A stretch of DNA of 64,000 bases from the NCBI GenBank assembly GCA_965203555.1, contig CBDBCY010000004.1, positions 1,152,001 to 1,216,000 on the forward strand, in the 5' to 3' direction. Below are positions 46,921-57,649 of this stretch, one piece after another; the first letter of the stretch is position 1; each line of letters starts with the position of its first letter. Under the pieces are notes generated by a model. That model did no database searches and had not been told where the DNA came from. It was given only the letters and a program-made list of their open reading frames with translations. The translations under genes and the position numbers were made by a program. This DNA is from Acidimicrobiia bacterium. GTDB lineage: Bacteria; Actinomycetota; Acidimicrobiia; Spongiisociales; ZC4RG35.

Positions 46921-48621
46921 GTGAGTTTGTTGAGAAAGAAGGCAGTGTTTGGTGTTTCATTGCTCTTGGTTCTGTCGCTGATCGCGGCGGCCTGCGGAGA
47001 CGACGCCGAGGAAGCACCTGCCACCACGGCGGCCGCTGCAGTGACAACCACCGCTGCCGCTCCCGCCACGACGGCCGCGCCCGCCGCAGAAGAGCCTGCG
47101 CCGGACGATGACATGGCCGACGAGGACATGCCGGCCGAAGAAGACGACATGACGGAAGAGGACGCGGACGGTCCCAAACGGGGCGGAGACCTGATTTTCG
47201 CCCGCCACAGGGACAACACCACCCTCGACCCCGGAGCGGCGGTGGAGACCGACACCATCTATGTCCTCGATCACATCTTCGAGACCCTGTTCGCCACCAG
47301 CGCCGACGGGTCCTCGGTGGATCCCTGGCTCGCCAGCGACTACGAGGTCTCAGACGACGGGAAGTCATGGACCGTCACCCTGCGTGAAGGCGTGGAGTTC
47401 TCCAACGGTCAGCCGATGACCTCGGCCGATGTGAAGTTCTCGATCCAGCGGGCGATCGACGAGGCGGCATTCGGCTTCCTCCTGTCCGCCATAGAGTCGA
47501 TCGAGACTCCCGACGACATGACGGTGGTGTTCAACACCAGCTTCCCGTGGGCGCCGTTCCTCGCCGACCTCTCGGTGTGGGCGGCCGCCATCATGCCCGC
47601 CGACTACGCAGGCATGAGCGCCGAGGAGTTCTTCGAGGACCCGATCGGGACCGGACCCTTCCTCTTCGACGAATGGGTTCCCGGCGAGTACATCCGGCTG
47701 GTGAGGAATGACAACTACTGGCAGGAAGGAAAGCCCTATGTGGACAGCGTCACCTGGACCCAGGTCCCGGACGACAACACCCGCATCCTCCAGTTGGAGG
47801 GCGGCCAGGCGCACATCGCCCAGAACGTGCCGCTCAACCTGTTGGCCTCCCTCAACGAGAAGGATGGCATAACCGCCACCACCTTCCCGGCCACCACGGT
47901 TTACTGGGTGAGCTTCAACACCACCATCGAGCCGTTCAATGACCGCCATGTGCGGCGGGCGATCGCACACGCCATCGACCAGGACGCCATAGCCAACGCC
48001 GCCCTGTTCGGGCACGGCGGCCCGGCGTGCTCGGTGATCTCCCCGGCGGTGCCGTTTCACGATCCCGACACGCCCTGCCTGGAGTCCAACATGGATCTGG
48101 CCCGAGCCGAACTGGCCCAGTCGAGCGTGCCGGACGGCTTCTCGGCCGAGTACCTAGTGGGCGACCAGTCGCCGAACCTGCCGATCGTGGAGATCATCCA
48201 GGGACAGTTGGCGCCGCTCGGCATCGACATCTCGATCCGGACCATCGATCCCGGACAGTTCTACTCCACCATCTTCGTGTTCGACTACGAGATAGCGTTC
48301 ACCGGCTGGACGATGGACATCCCCGATCCGGACCAGAAGATCTCCTTCATGTTCGACCCGGAACTGGGTGGAGGCGACTCCTACAGCACCGGTTACAACA
48401 ACCCGGAGATGATCGAGTTGGTCAGGGCCGGCCAGACGACGTTCGCTGACGCCGATCGCGCGCAGATCTACTCCGACATCCAGGCTCTCAACGCCGAAGA
48501 GGTGCCGTTCATCCCCTTGGTGGTGCTGGACGCACCGTTCGCATGGAGCGACAGCGTCAAGGGCCTGTGGGTGAACCCGGTTGGCAAGCGCCACCTGGAG
48601 GACGTTTGGCTGGACGAGTAA
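46921..48621 (+). CDS. Peptide/nickel (family 5) ABC substrate-binding lipoprotein
   Basis: Lipobox IAAAC, TLDP, LREGVEFSNG, PIGTGPF. AGGAG precedes the GTG start. Confidence 0.93.
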   Translation: MSLLRKKAVFGVSLLLVLSLIAAACGDDAEEAPATTAAAAVTTTAAAPATTAAPAAEEPAPDDDMADEDMPAEEDDMTEEDADGPKRGGDLIFARHRDNTTLDPGAAVETDTIYVLDHIFETLFATSADGSSVDPWLASDYEVSDDGKSWTVTLREGVEFSNGQPMTSADVKFSIQRAIDEAAFGFLLSAIESIETPDDMTVVFNTSFPWAPFLADLSVWAAAIMPADYAGMSAEEFFEDPIGTGPFLFDEWVPGEYIRLVRNDNYWQEGKPYVDSVTWTQVPDDNTRILQLEGGQAHIAQNVPLNLLASLNEKDGITATTFPATTVYWVSFNTTIEPFNDRHVRRAIAHAIDQDAIANAALFGHGGPACSVISPAVPFHDPDTPCLESNMDLARAELAQSSVPDGFSAEYLVGDQSPNLPIVEIIQGQLAPLGIDISIRTIDPGQFYSTIFVFDYEIAFTGWTMDIPDPDQKISFMFDPELGGGDSYSTGYNNPEMIELVRAGQTTFADADRAQIYSDIQALNAEEVPFIPLVVLDAPFAWSDSVKGLWVNPVGKRHLEDVWLDE

Positions 48622-48650
48622 AGACAGTCCTGTAGCAGGCGGCGCGGAAG

Positions 48651-49589
48651 ATGGCCCTTCGGTACTTCCTCCGCCGCCTGCTCAGGATGATCCCGGTGAT
48701 CCTGGGGATGACGATCATCGTCTTCTTCATGATCCATCTGGTGCCCGGGGATCCGGCGCGCACGCTCCTGGGACCCCGGGCGCCCGCCGAGGCGATCGAG
48801 GCATTCAATCTCCGGTGGGGATTCGATCGTCCCCTGCATGAACAGTTCGTCTCGTTCCTGGGAGGCCTCCTGCAGGGAGACCTCGGGACCTCCATGAGCT
48901 ACAACGTTCCCACCACCGAACTGGTGACGGGCCGGTTCACCCCCACGCTCCTGCTGTTGGGGATCTCGGCGCTGTTCGCCATGGTCATCTCCCTGCCGCT
49001 GGCGGTGGTGGCCGCTCTCCGGGAGGACCGCACGCCCGACCACGTGGTGCGGGTGATCCCGATGGTGGGCCTCGGGCTGCCGGCGTTCTGGGTGGGGATC
49101 CTCCTTCTGACGTTCGTGGCCCTGCGGGTGGAATGGCTTCCGGTGGGCGGGTACGGCGCCACCTGGCCCCAGCGCCTGATCGCCATGATCCTGCCCGGAC
49201 TGACGGTGGCGATCGGTATCGCTCCCTTCACCATCCGGAGCCTCCGGTCGTCGCTGATCGAGGTGATGGAAGCCGACTACATCGCCACCGCCCGGGCCAA
49301 AGGCCTCGCCGGAGTACGGGTGCTCTGGGCCCATGGGCTTCGCAATGCGGTGATTCCCACCGTCACGGTGCTGGGGGTGAACCTCGGGTGGCTGGTGGGG
49401 AACACCCTGATCGTGGAGAAAGTGTTCGCCCTTCCCGGCCTGGGGGCGTTGATGATCGACGCGGTCCTGGAACGTGACTTCGCGGTCGTCCAGGGACTGG
49501 CGCTGATTTTCGGGCTGCTGGTGGTGCTGGTGAACCTTCTGGCCGACGTGGTGCGGGCCTCTCTCGATCCCAGGGTGCAATTGTCATGA
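48651..49589 (+). CDS. Peptide ABC permease (DppB-like)
   Basis: PGDPA, TARAKGL, HGLRNA, RDF.VVQG. Confidence 0.95.
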   Translation: MALRYFLRRLLRMIPVILGMTIIVFFMIHLVPGDPARTLLGPRAPAEAIEAFNLRWGFDRPLHEQFVSFLGGLLQGDLGTSMSYNVPTTELVTGRFTPTLLLLGISALFAMVISLPLAVVAALREDRTPDHVVRVIPMVGLGLPAFWVGILLLTFVALRVEWLPVGGYGATWPQRLIAMILPGLTVAIGIAPFTIRSLRSSLIEVMEADYIATARAKGLAGVRVLWAHGLRNAVIPTVTVLGVNLGWLVGNTLIVEKVFALPGLGALMIDAVLERDFAVVQGLALIFGLLVVLVNLLADVVRASLDPRVQLS

Positions 49590-50428
49590 TTGCGGTGTCG
49601 CGGTCGGTCTCCCCGAAGACGGCCCGGGGCCGCCGTTCCTATTCGCTGGTGCTCGGCGCCGGCCTGCTGGGGGTGATCGTGGCGGCCGCCATCCTGGCGC
49701 CCTGGATCACTCCCTATGATCCCCTCGCCCACGACCTGGAGTCGATCCTGGCGCCGCCGTCCTCGGACCACCTGCTTGGCACCGATCACCTGGGCCGGGA
49801 CGTGTGGACCCGCCTTCTTTATGCGGCGCGCCTCGACCTCCTGATCGGGATAGGGGCGGTGATCACCCCGTTCGTGACCGGGACCCTGCTCGGGGCGGTG
49901 GCCGGATACTACGGGGGCAGGATCGACCTGGCTGTCTCCGCCGCCACCGACATGCTGATGGCCTTCCCCTACTACGTGCTGATCATCGCCCTGGTGTTCT
50001 CGCTGGGACCCGGCATCCCGTCCATCTTCATCGCCATGGCGATCGTGGCCTGGGTGTCCTACGCCCGGATAGTCCGGGGGGAGGTGCTCTCGGCCCGGGG
50101 CCAGCAGTACGTGATGGCGGCCAAGACCCTCGGATACAGCGACCTGCGCATAATCGTGCGCCACATCCTCCCCAACGTGATCACCCAGCCGGTGACCTAC
50201 GCCATGTCGGACATCGTGGTGATCATCGTGGGAGTGGTCACCCTCAGCTACCTGGGCCTGGGGGTCCCTCCCCCCACCCCCGACTGGGGATCGATGATCG
50301 CTTCGGGACAGAGTTTCATGACCACCCAGTGGCAGTTGTCGACCATTCCCGGGATCGCGGTGGTGATCGTCGGATTGTCCTTCTCCCTGATCGGAGACGG
50401 GCTGACCCACAGGCTGCGTCCCGAATGA
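49586..50428 (+). CDS. Peptide ABC permease (DppC-like)
   Basis: HLLGTDHLGRD, RHILPN, LSYLGLG...PDWG. Confidence 0.95.
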   Translation: MIAVSRSVSPKTARGRRSYSLVLGAGLLGVIVAAAILAPWITPYDPLAHDLESILAPPSSDHLLGTDHLGRDVWTRLLYAARLDLLIGIGAVITPFVTGTLLGAVAGYYGGRIDLAVSAATDMLMAFPYYVLIIALVFSLGPGIPSIFIAMAIVAWVSYARIVRGEVLSARGQQYVMAAKTLGYSDLRIIVRHILPNVITQPVTYAMSDIVVIIVGVVTLSYLGLGVPPPTPDWGSMIASGQSFMTTQWQLSTIPGIAVVIVGLSFSLIGDGLTHRLRPE

Positions 50429-51420
50429 GCGCTCCGGTTCTTCAGGTCCGCGATCTGCAGGTGCGACTCTCTTCGCCCCGGGGCGTGGTGCAGGCCGTCC
50501 GGGGTGTGTCCTTCGACGTCGAGGCCGGCCAGACCCACGGCATCGTCGGCGAATCGGGCAGCGGGAAGACCACCCTGCTGCGCGCCATCCTGGGGCTTCT
50601 GCCCGGAAACGCCGCGGCCGGTGGGACCATTTCGGTCTCCGGTCGGCCCGTCCCCCTGGCCGGGGGGCCCTCCAAGGCGGTGGACGGGGTCAGCATCGTG
50701 TTCCAGGAGCCGATGACCGCCCTCAATCCGGTGGTGAGGGTGGGTCACCAGATCTCCGAGGCCCCCCGACACAGGCTGGGCCTGGGGCGGCGGGCCGCCC
50801 GGGACCGGGCACTGGAACTGATGCGCCAGGTGGGGATCCCCGATCCGGTACGCCGCTTCGACGCCTATCCGCACGAGCTTTCGGGAGGGCTGAGCCAACG
50901 GGTGCTGATCGCCATCGCCCTGTCGGCCGAACCAAAGATCATTCTCTGCGACGAGCCCACCACTGCCCTGGACGTCACCGTGCAGGACCAGATCCTGAAG
51001 CTGTTCAGCAGGATCTCGGAGGAGACCGGGGTGGCGATCGTATACGTCACCCACGACCTGGCGGTGGTGGCCCAGACCTGTCGCACCGTGTCCGTGATGT
51101 ACGCCGGGCAATTCCTCGAGTCGGGGACCATCGACTCGGTTTTCGGACAGTCCCGCCATCCCTACACCCTGGGGCTCCTGGGGGCGGTGCCCGACGTCAG
51201 CCGGGGGCGGACCCCGCTGGTGGCCATACCGGGATCGCCTCCCGATCTGGTCAGTCCCGGCGAGGGCTGTCCGTTCCAGCCGCGCTGCTCCTACGCACTG
51301 GAGGACTGTGCCCACGGAGTGTTCTCCCTCCGGAGTCTCAGCCACCATCAGTCGACGGCCTGCATAAGGTCCGATGCTCTTTCCGGCCTTGTGGCTGCCG
51401 CGGAAGCGGAGGCGTCGTGA
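50425..51420 (+). CDS. Peptide ABC ATPase (DppD-like)
   Basis: GESGSGKT, YPHELSGG, DEPTTALDV, HPYT, GCPF.PRC. Confidence 0.95.
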   Translation: MSAPVLQVRDLQVRLSSPRGVVQAVRGVSFDVEAGQTHGIVGESGSGKTTLLRAILGLLPGNAAAGGTISVSGRPVPLAGGPSKAVDGVSIVFQEPMTALNPVVRVGHQISEAPRHRLGLGRRAARDRALELMRQVGIPDPVRRFDAYPHELSGGLSQRVLIAIALSAEPKIILCDEPTTALDVTVQDQILKLFSRISEETGVAIVYVTHDLAVVAQTCRTVSVMYAGQFLESGTIDSVFGQSRHPYTLGLLGAVPDVSRGRTPLVAIPGSPPDLVSPGEGCPFQPRCSYALEDCAHGVFSLRSLSHHQSTACIRSDALSGLVAAAEAEAS

Positions 51421-52451
51421 CCGTTCGGCCGATCCTCGAGGCGCGCGGCCTTGCGAAGACGTTTTCGTCGAGACGCTCGGTGGGAGATGTCATCTTCCGT
51501 CGGCCCACCGAGAAGTTGCAGGCCCTGGAGGACGTGAGTTTCCAGGTGGTGCGGGGGGAGAGTCTGGGCATCGTCGGCGAGTCGGGATGCGGCAAGTCCA
51601 CCCTGGCCCGGTGCCTGGTGGGTCTGTACCCACCCACGTCGGGACAGACCGTCTACGAGGGACGGGAATTCGATGAGAAACGGGCCTTCTCGGACCGGAA
51701 GAAGATCCAGATCGTGTTCCAGGACCCCTACTCCTCGCTCAACGCCCGGATGACGGTCGGTCAGGCCCTGCGGGAGGTGCTCCGGGTGCATAAGGTCGTG
51801 GCTTCCGACCGGGTGGCCGACCGGGCAGTCGAGTTGTTGGCGCTGGTGGGCCTCGGCGCCGAAATCGCCAATGTCTACCCCCGCCAACTGTCGGGAGGCC
51901 AGCGACAGCGGGTGAACATCGCCCGCGCCCTGGCGGTGGAGCCCGAGGTTCTCATCGCCGACGAGCCGGTCTCGGCGCTGGATGTCTCGATCCAGGCCAC
52001 CGTCCTGAATCTGTTGGCCTCGCTTCGGGAGCGGCTGGGCCTGACGCTGATCCTGATCGCCCACGACCTGAGCGTGGTCAGATACCTGTGCGACCGGGTA
52101 GCGGTGATGTACATGGGCCGGATAGTGGAGATCGCCGCCACCGAGGAACTCTTCGAAGACCCCCGCCACCCCTACACCCAGGCGCTGCTGGCGGCCGCAC
52201 CCAGCCTGGAGAGAAAGAGCCGCGACGACGCCCGGTCCATCGGAGGAGACCCTCCCAGTCCCTTCGACCTGCCTGAGGGATGCCCCTTCCACCCCCGGTG
52301 CCCGGTGGCCACCGGCCACTGCGCCACGGTCCGACCTCCCCTTGAGGAGGCACCTGGCGACTTGGTTCACCGTGCCGCCTGCCACTACGCCTGGGAACCC
52401 GTGGCCGCCCATCACACCCCCTTGACCCGAGGAGAGGAGAATCTCCGATGA
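51417..52451 (+). CDS. Peptide ABC ATPase (DppF-like)
   Basis: GESGCGKS, LSGGQRQR, DEPVSALDV, GCPFHPRC. Confidence 0.95.
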   Translation: MTVRPILEARGLAKTFSSRRSVGDVIFRRPTEKLQALEDVSFQVVRGESLGIVGESGCGKSTLARCLVGLYPPTSGQTVYEGREFDEKRAFSDRKKIQIVFQDPYSSLNARMTVGQALREVLRVHKVVASDRVADRAVELLALVGLGAEIANVYPRQLSGGQRQRVNIARALAVEPEVLIADEPVSALDVSIQATVLNLLASLRERLGLTLILIAHDLSVVRYLCDRVAVMYMGRIVEIAATEELFEDPRHPYTQALLAAAPSLERKSRDDARSIGGDPPSPFDLPEGCPFHPRCPVATGHCATVRPPLEEAPGDLVHRAACHYAWEPVAAHHTPLTRGEENLR

Positions 52452-53644
52452 GCGTGACGATATTGCAAGCAAGACAGGTCCTGACCGGCGGGGACGATCC
52501 CCCCATTCACAACGGCGGAGTCCGGGTGAGGGGATCGAAGATCGTGGCGGTGGGGCGGGCGGATGGCATCCGCGAGCCGGAGGACGAGGTACTTGATCTC
52601 GGCGAGGCAACGCTGCTGCCGGGGCTGGTGGAGTGCCACGAGCACCTCTCGGGGCACGACCGTTACGCGATCGGCGACCCGAGCGTGGTGGAGCCCGACA
52701 TGATGTATGCCCTGGTGGGCACCTACCACGCTCGTCGGCTGGTGCGAATCGGGGTGACGACCGCCCGGATCCCCGGTGCGCCGGGACACATCGACCTGAT
52801 GATCCGCCGGGCCGTCCGGGAGGGATACCTGCTGGGTCCCAAGATGGTGTGCGCGGGGGAACTGATCGTAATGACCGGCGGGCATGGCTCGATGTGGGGA
52901 GCGGAGGTGGACGGTCCCTGGGAAGCGAAGAAAGCCGCCCGCGCCCAGCTCAAGGCAGGCGCCGACTTCGTGAAGATCGTCGCCTCGGGAGGAGTGGGGA
53001 TCACCCGGGAGGGAGAGCTTCCCTCCCAGCCTGAGTTGTCGGTGGTGGAGATGGCCGCCGCGGCGGAGGCGGTGCACTCGGCCGACCGGCGGATCACGGC
53101 CCACGCCGACGGTGTGCCCGGAATTTCCAACGCCCTGGAGGCGGGGGTGGACTGCATCGAGCACGGGATCTACCTGAACGCCGATCAAGCCAAGTTCATG
53201 GCCGACAACGGGGTGGCGCTGGTGCCCACCCTCTCGACCATGCAGGGGATCTACCACCACGGGATCGAGTACGGGATGCCCGAGACCTGGATCCCGATCG
53301 CCGAGGCGATCCTCGAACCGCATCTCGACTCCTTCCAGCATGCCCTCGACGCCGGGGTCCACTTCGCCACCGGCACCGACGGGTTCGGCGACATCGTGGA
53401 CGAGATGATCATCTTCACCACCTTCGGGATCGACAACTACCGGGCCATCCAGTCGGCCACCCGGGACGCCGCCCTGGTCATCTCGCCGTATCCCGATTTC
53501 GGGGTGCTGGAGGAAGGCAAGGCCGCCGACATCATCGCGGTGGACGGCGATCCCCTGGACGATCTCAATGTCCTGCGGTCGGTCCGGTTCGTGATGATCG
53601 ACGGAGAGATACTGGTCTCCGACGGTTCGGTAAGAGAGGAGTGA
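52448..53644 (+). CDS. Metal-dependent amidohydrolase (Xaa-Pro dipeptidase-like)
   Basis: PGLVECHEH, TGGHG, AHA, IEHG, GTD, ADIIAVDGDP. Confidence 0.92.
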   Translation: MSVTILQARQVLTGGDDPPIHNGGVRVRGSKIVAVGRADGIREPEDEVLDLGEATLLPGLVECHEHLSGHDRYAIGDPSVVEPDMMYALVGTYHARRLVRIGVTTARIPGAPGHIDLMIRRAVREGYLLGPKMVCAGELIVMTGGHGSMWGAEVDGPWEAKKAARAQLKAGADFVKIVASGGVGITREGELPSQPELSVVEMAAAAEAVHSADRRITAHADGVPGISNALEAGVDCIEHGIYLNADQAKFMADNGVALVPTLSTMQGIYHHGIEYGMPETWIPIAEAILEPHLDSFQHALDAGVHFATGTDGFGDIVDEMIIFTTFGIDNYRAIQSATRDAALVISPYPDFGVLEEGKAADIIAVDGDPLDDLNVLRSVRFVMIDGEILVSDGSVREE

Positions 53645-53648
53645 GATA

Positions 53649-54653
53649 ATGGATGTCGGATTTCCCGAGTTGTTCCAAGCCGCAATGGAATCGGTGCGGC
53701 GCTGTCAGGTCACCGCGGATGAACGGGTGGTCGTCTATACCGATTCGGAGAAGAACCCGGCAATGGTCGAAGCCTGGTACGCGGCCGCGCTGGCCACCGG
53801 CGCCGACGTCACCCTGATACGGGCCACGGCTCGCTTTCCGGAGACGGATCCCCCCGAGGTGGCGCTCACCGCCATGAGATCGGCCGACATCGTGTTCGAT
53901 CTCGCCTCCAACACCTGGCTGTACGCTCCGGGCCTTCCCCCAATCATCGAGGCGGGCGCCCGGATCCTGCAGGTCCTGGTTCCGGAGCGTTCCATCATCG
54001 ACCGGCCCCCCACCGACGACATCCTGTGGAGAGCGGACATCTCCGAGGAGTTGACCGCCGGCACCCAGGAGATCCACATCACCAGTCCCCTGGGGACCGA
54101 CCTCCGGGGTAGACGGGGCGACCGCCCGTGGCACGCCCAGCGGGGTTATGTGTGGGAGTCGCGCCAGTGGGACAGCTACGGGGTGTGCATGATCAACTGC
54201 GCTCCGGAAGTGGAGACGGTGGAGGGAGTGGTCTACTTCAACGGTCCGATGATCCTCTTTCCGCAGTACTGCTACACCACCAAGACGCCGATCCGCGTCG
54301 AGGTCGAGGCGGGACGGATCGTCCACATCGACACCGATCACGAGGAGGCCCGGGTCTTCGACCGCTGGATCCGCCAGTTCGACGATCCCAACCTCTACCT
54401 GGTGGCCCATCTCGGCTTCGGGTTCGACCCCAGGGCCGACCTGGAGTCGTTCGACCTCGCCGCCTGGGAGAGCTACTACGGCGGCGTGGTGGTGGCCTTC
54501 GGCGCCAACACGGCTCCCCAACTCGGCGGAGGCATAAGCGCCACGGGGCACATGGACGGCATCCTCCTGGAGGCAAACCTCACCCTGGACGGCGTCCCGA
54601 TCATCGAAGGCGGGGAGTTCGTGGAGTCAACAGGCCTACGGTCGGCCGCCTGA
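53649..54653 (+). CDS. M29/leucyl-aminopeptidase-fold protein, NicX (2,5-dihydroxypyridine dioxygenase)-like
   Basis: ITSPLGTDL, AHLGFG, GANT...GHMD, giving a His/His-x-Asp arrangement as in NicX. Confidence 0.7.
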   Translation: MDVGFPELFQAAMESVRRCQVTADERVVVYTDSEKNPAMVEAWYAAALATGADVTLIRATARFPETDPPEVALTAMRSADIVFDLASNTWLYAPGLPPIIEAGARILQVLVPERSIIDRPPTDDILWRADISEELTAGTQEIHITSPLGTDLRGRRGDRPWHAQRGYVWESRQWDSYGVCMINCAPEVETVEGVVYFNGPMILFPQYCYTTKTPIRVEVEAGRIVHIDTDHEEARVFDRWIRQFDDPNLYLVAHLGFGFDPRADLESFDLAAWESYYGGVVVAFGANTAPQLGGGISATGHMDGILLEANLTLDGVPIIEGGEFVESTGLRSAA

Positions 54654-54771
54654 CAGAATACGGGGGGTCTCAGCCAGGCACCGGGGAACCGACCGCCCAC
54701 CGGGCCTTGACCGGTCGCCGGGCCAGGTGGGGCGAGTCCGGGGTGGCTTCCAGCCTTTTAACCTTCCGGTT

Positions 54772-56037
54772 ATGACGGCCAACGACCGACCGCGGCAACG
54801 GACCATGGGCGAGTGGGAGTTCATCTTCATGCTGGCCGCCATCACCGGCACCACCGCGGTGGGGATCGACATGACCCTTCCGGCCTTCAGTGAGATCCGG
54901 GTCGGGTTCGGTCTGGCCCCCGACTCGCCGCAGGTGGCGCTCACGGTCACCCTGTACTTTCTGGGTCTGGCCAGCGCCCAGTTGTTATACGGTCCGTTCG
55001 CCGATCGGTTCGGACGCAAACCCGTGCTCTATGCGAGCTTTGGCATCTACGCTCTCGGCGCGCTGGCCTCGGCCCTTGCGCCAACTTTCGGGGTGCTCAT
55101 CGCCAGCCGCTTCATCTGGGGCGTCGGCGCCGCCGGGCCACGAGCCCTCACCCTGGCCCTCGGCCGCGATCTGTATGAGGGAGATCAACTTGCCCGCACA
55201 ATGGCCGTTGTGGCCTCGATATTCATGGCGGTCCCGGCCTTGGCGCCCCTGGTCGCCCAGGCGGTGTTGAGCGTGGGATCGTGGCGTTGGGTCATGGCCG
55301 CCCCCACTGCCATCGTTCTAATGGTGGCCCTGTGGCTCATCCGGCTACCGGAGTCGCTTCCCCGGGACCGGCGTCGCCCGCTCACTCTCGCCCATACCCG
55401 CCGGGCCATCGCCGCGGTCTTTTCCAACCGGTTGACCATCGGGTCGACGCTGGCGGTCATGTTCGAATACGGCTCCCTCGCCGCCTTCCTGGGGAGCATT
55501 CAACTCCTCTTCGACGACGTGTACGACCGAAGCGACCAACTGGCCTACTACTTCACAGGGATGAGCCTGTTCATGGGGGCGGCGGTCTTCGCATTGAGCC
55601 AGCAGGTGAAGAGAGTCGGCGCCGACCGGGTGATCATCGTAGTCCTGCCGTGCCTGGTAATAGTGGCGACCGCGCTGGCCCTGTGGTCGTGGCAGGCCGA
55701 CGGGCGGCCGATGTTCCTGGCCTGGTTCGCCCTGGTCACTTTGATCAACTCTCTCAAAACGGTGATCCATCCACTGGTCCTGGCCCGGGCAATGCATCCG
55801 ATGGGCGACCTGGCCGGAACCGCCGCGGCGGTGATCGGTACGATCGCAATGGGGGGCGGCGCGGTGCTCGCCAGCTTCGTAGACCGCGCCATCGCCGGAT
55901 CGGTCACGCCGTTGGCCGTGGCCTACGCAGGGTACGGTGCGATCGCCCTCACCCTCGTTCTCTGGGCACGGCGGACCCGACCGGTCCCGGTCATCTCAGA
56001 CGCCACCGACGTTAAGGGTCTGAGTGATATGCAGTGA
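54772..56037 (+). CDS. Bcr/CflA-family MFS transporter
   Basis: IDMTLPA, QLLYGPFADRFGRKPVL, AGTAAA. Confidence 0.92.
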   Translation: MTANDRPRQRTMGEWEFIFMLAAITGTTAVGIDMTLPAFSEIRVGFGLAPDSPQVALTVTLYFLGLASAQLLYGPFADRFGRKPVLYASFGIYALGALASALAPTFGVLIASRFIWGVGAAGPRALTLALGRDLYEGDQLARTMAVVASIFMAVPALAPLVAQAVLSVGSWRWVMAAPTAIVLMVALWLIRLPESLPRDRRRPLTLAHTRRAIAAVFSNRLTIGSTLAVMFEYGSLAAFLGSIQLLFDDVYDRSDQLAYYFTGMSLFMGAAVFALSQQVKRVGADRVIIVVLPCLVIVATALALWSWQADGRPMFLAWFALVTLINSLKTVIHPLVLARAMHPMGDLAGTAAAVIGTIAMGGGAVLASFVDRAIAGSVTPLAVAYAGYGAIALTLVLWARRTRPVPVISDATDVKGLSDMQ

Positions 56038-56213
56038 TTGTTTGTCGAAAGAGTTGAGCAAGGAAGTGGCTTCCAAAAAGCCCCCGTAACAGAAGCTGTG
56101 GGTTGCGTGGGCAGCCTTGCCTATCCTGCTCTGATTCTGTCCGCCAACTCACCGCTTCAGGTAGGGTTACGAATGGGCAAAGTCTTTGATCCATACCAAC
56201 CTGGGAGGCTGGA

Positions 56214-57527
56214 ATGCGGCTCGACATCGTGAACGGGCACCTCGTTACCGGTGACGGTCGGTCCTTCCTGGAGGACACTTCCGTCACCACCGAAGACGGG
56301 CTGATCATCGATCTCCACCGCATCCGGCACCTCCCTTACCGGGTGTACTCCCATCGGGTCCTCGATGCCGAGGGCGGCCTCATACTGCCGGGACTGATCA
56401 ACATTCATGCGCATGTGGTGAGCTTCGGTCCGCTCTGTCCGGGGCTTCCGAGGGAAGGTGCTCCCGAAGAGAGGATTGTTGCGAACCTCGACAACCACTT
56501 GCTGCAAGGGACGACAACGGTGCTCAGCCTGGACGGATTCGGGTTGCCGTTCGAGAACGACGCCATCAACAAGATTCATCCGGTGAACGTCAAGATGTCG
56601 ACTCTCCACACGCCGAAAAACATCGCCTCAGGAGAAATGGGCGGCAACCGATTGGGCCCTTACCACCGCCGATTCGCCGCCGAGACGGCCGTGGCCTCGG
56701 GCGCGGTGGCCATGGGAGAAGTGGGTTCCTGGGCCACGACCGGAGCAACCTATGAGAAGAACCTGCGGTTGGACCAGCCGATTTCGGTGAGCGACGCGCT
56801 TGCGCTGGATGCTGCCTACCTGTCGGGAGACGCCCCTGCGATGGTTCGCATCATCGAAAGGGCCGGCCTGGGACCGATGACCCTGGATGAAGCGAAAACG
56901 CTGGTCAGGGAGACCAGCGTAGAACCGATGGCGGCGGCCAGGGCAGCGATCCTCGAGAGCATCGACTATGCACCGAGACTGGGCATCCCCGCCCTGTGCC
57001 ACACCGAACCGGACACCTACGACGTGATCGGGGAGGTCGCCAGGGAAATCGGCCACCAGATGGTGGCGCTGCACGCCAACTACCACGCCACCCCCGAAGA
57101 GGCGGTCGGAATCGCCAGGGAGGTCAGGGGTTACGGAGGCTTCGTGGAAGTGATCACCGCCGACCACTTCGGCGCCGGCCAGTTGGAGCCCAGTCCGGAA
57201 ACCGCTTTCGCCCTGCTGGCCGAGGGACTGGTCGACGCCCTGTCCACGGACTACTCCGGCGGCTACCACGATCCCATCCTGCTGTTGATCCAAAAGGCCG
57301 TGGAGAGCGGAGTGGTCTCACTACCGCAGGCCGTGAGACTCGCCACCAGCTCCCCGTCCGGCATTGTCCCCGGCATGGCACCCGGCAGGGGACTGATCGA
57401 ACCGGGACATGTCGCCGATATGGTCGTGGTCGACAGAGACGACATCACCCGGGTGAGGGACGTCATCATCGGCGGTCGAATAGTGGTGGAGAACGGACGA
57501 CGCGTAAGCAGGTCAGGCACTTCCTGA
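56214..57527 (+). CDS. Amidohydrolase superfamily protein (PhnM-like)
   Basis: PGLINIHAH, GTTT, LSTDY, RGLIEPG..ADMVVV. Confidence 0.8.
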   Translation: MRLDIVNGHLVTGDGRSFLEDTSVTTEDGLIIDLHRIRHLPYRVYSHRVLDAEGGLILPGLINIHAHVVSFGPLCPGLPREGAPEERIVANLDNHLLQGTTTVLSLDGFGLPFENDAINKIHPVNVKMSTLHTPKNIASGEMGGNRLGPYHRRFAAETAVASGAVAMGEVGSWATTGATYEKNLRLDQPISVSDALALDAAYLSGDAPAMVRIIERAGLGPMTLDEAKTLVRETSVEPMAAARAAILESIDYAPRLGIPALCHTEPDTYDVIGEVAREIGHQMVALHANYHATPEEAVGIAREVRGYGGFVEVITADHFGAGQLEPSPETAFALLAEGLVDALSTDYSGGYHDPILLLIQKAVESGVVSLPQAVRLATSSPSGIVPGMAPGRGLIEPGHVADMVVVDRDDITRVRDVIIGGRIVVENGRRVSRSGTS

Positions 57528-57649
57528 GAGTTCTCGGCCCCTCAGCGCTATTGGGGTCGGGTGGGAAGACGGGACTCGTTTATGGTGGTGTCGGCGACGT
57601 GTTGCGGTGATGGGTTGTTTCGTATGCGACGGTGGAGCCTCGCCCTCGT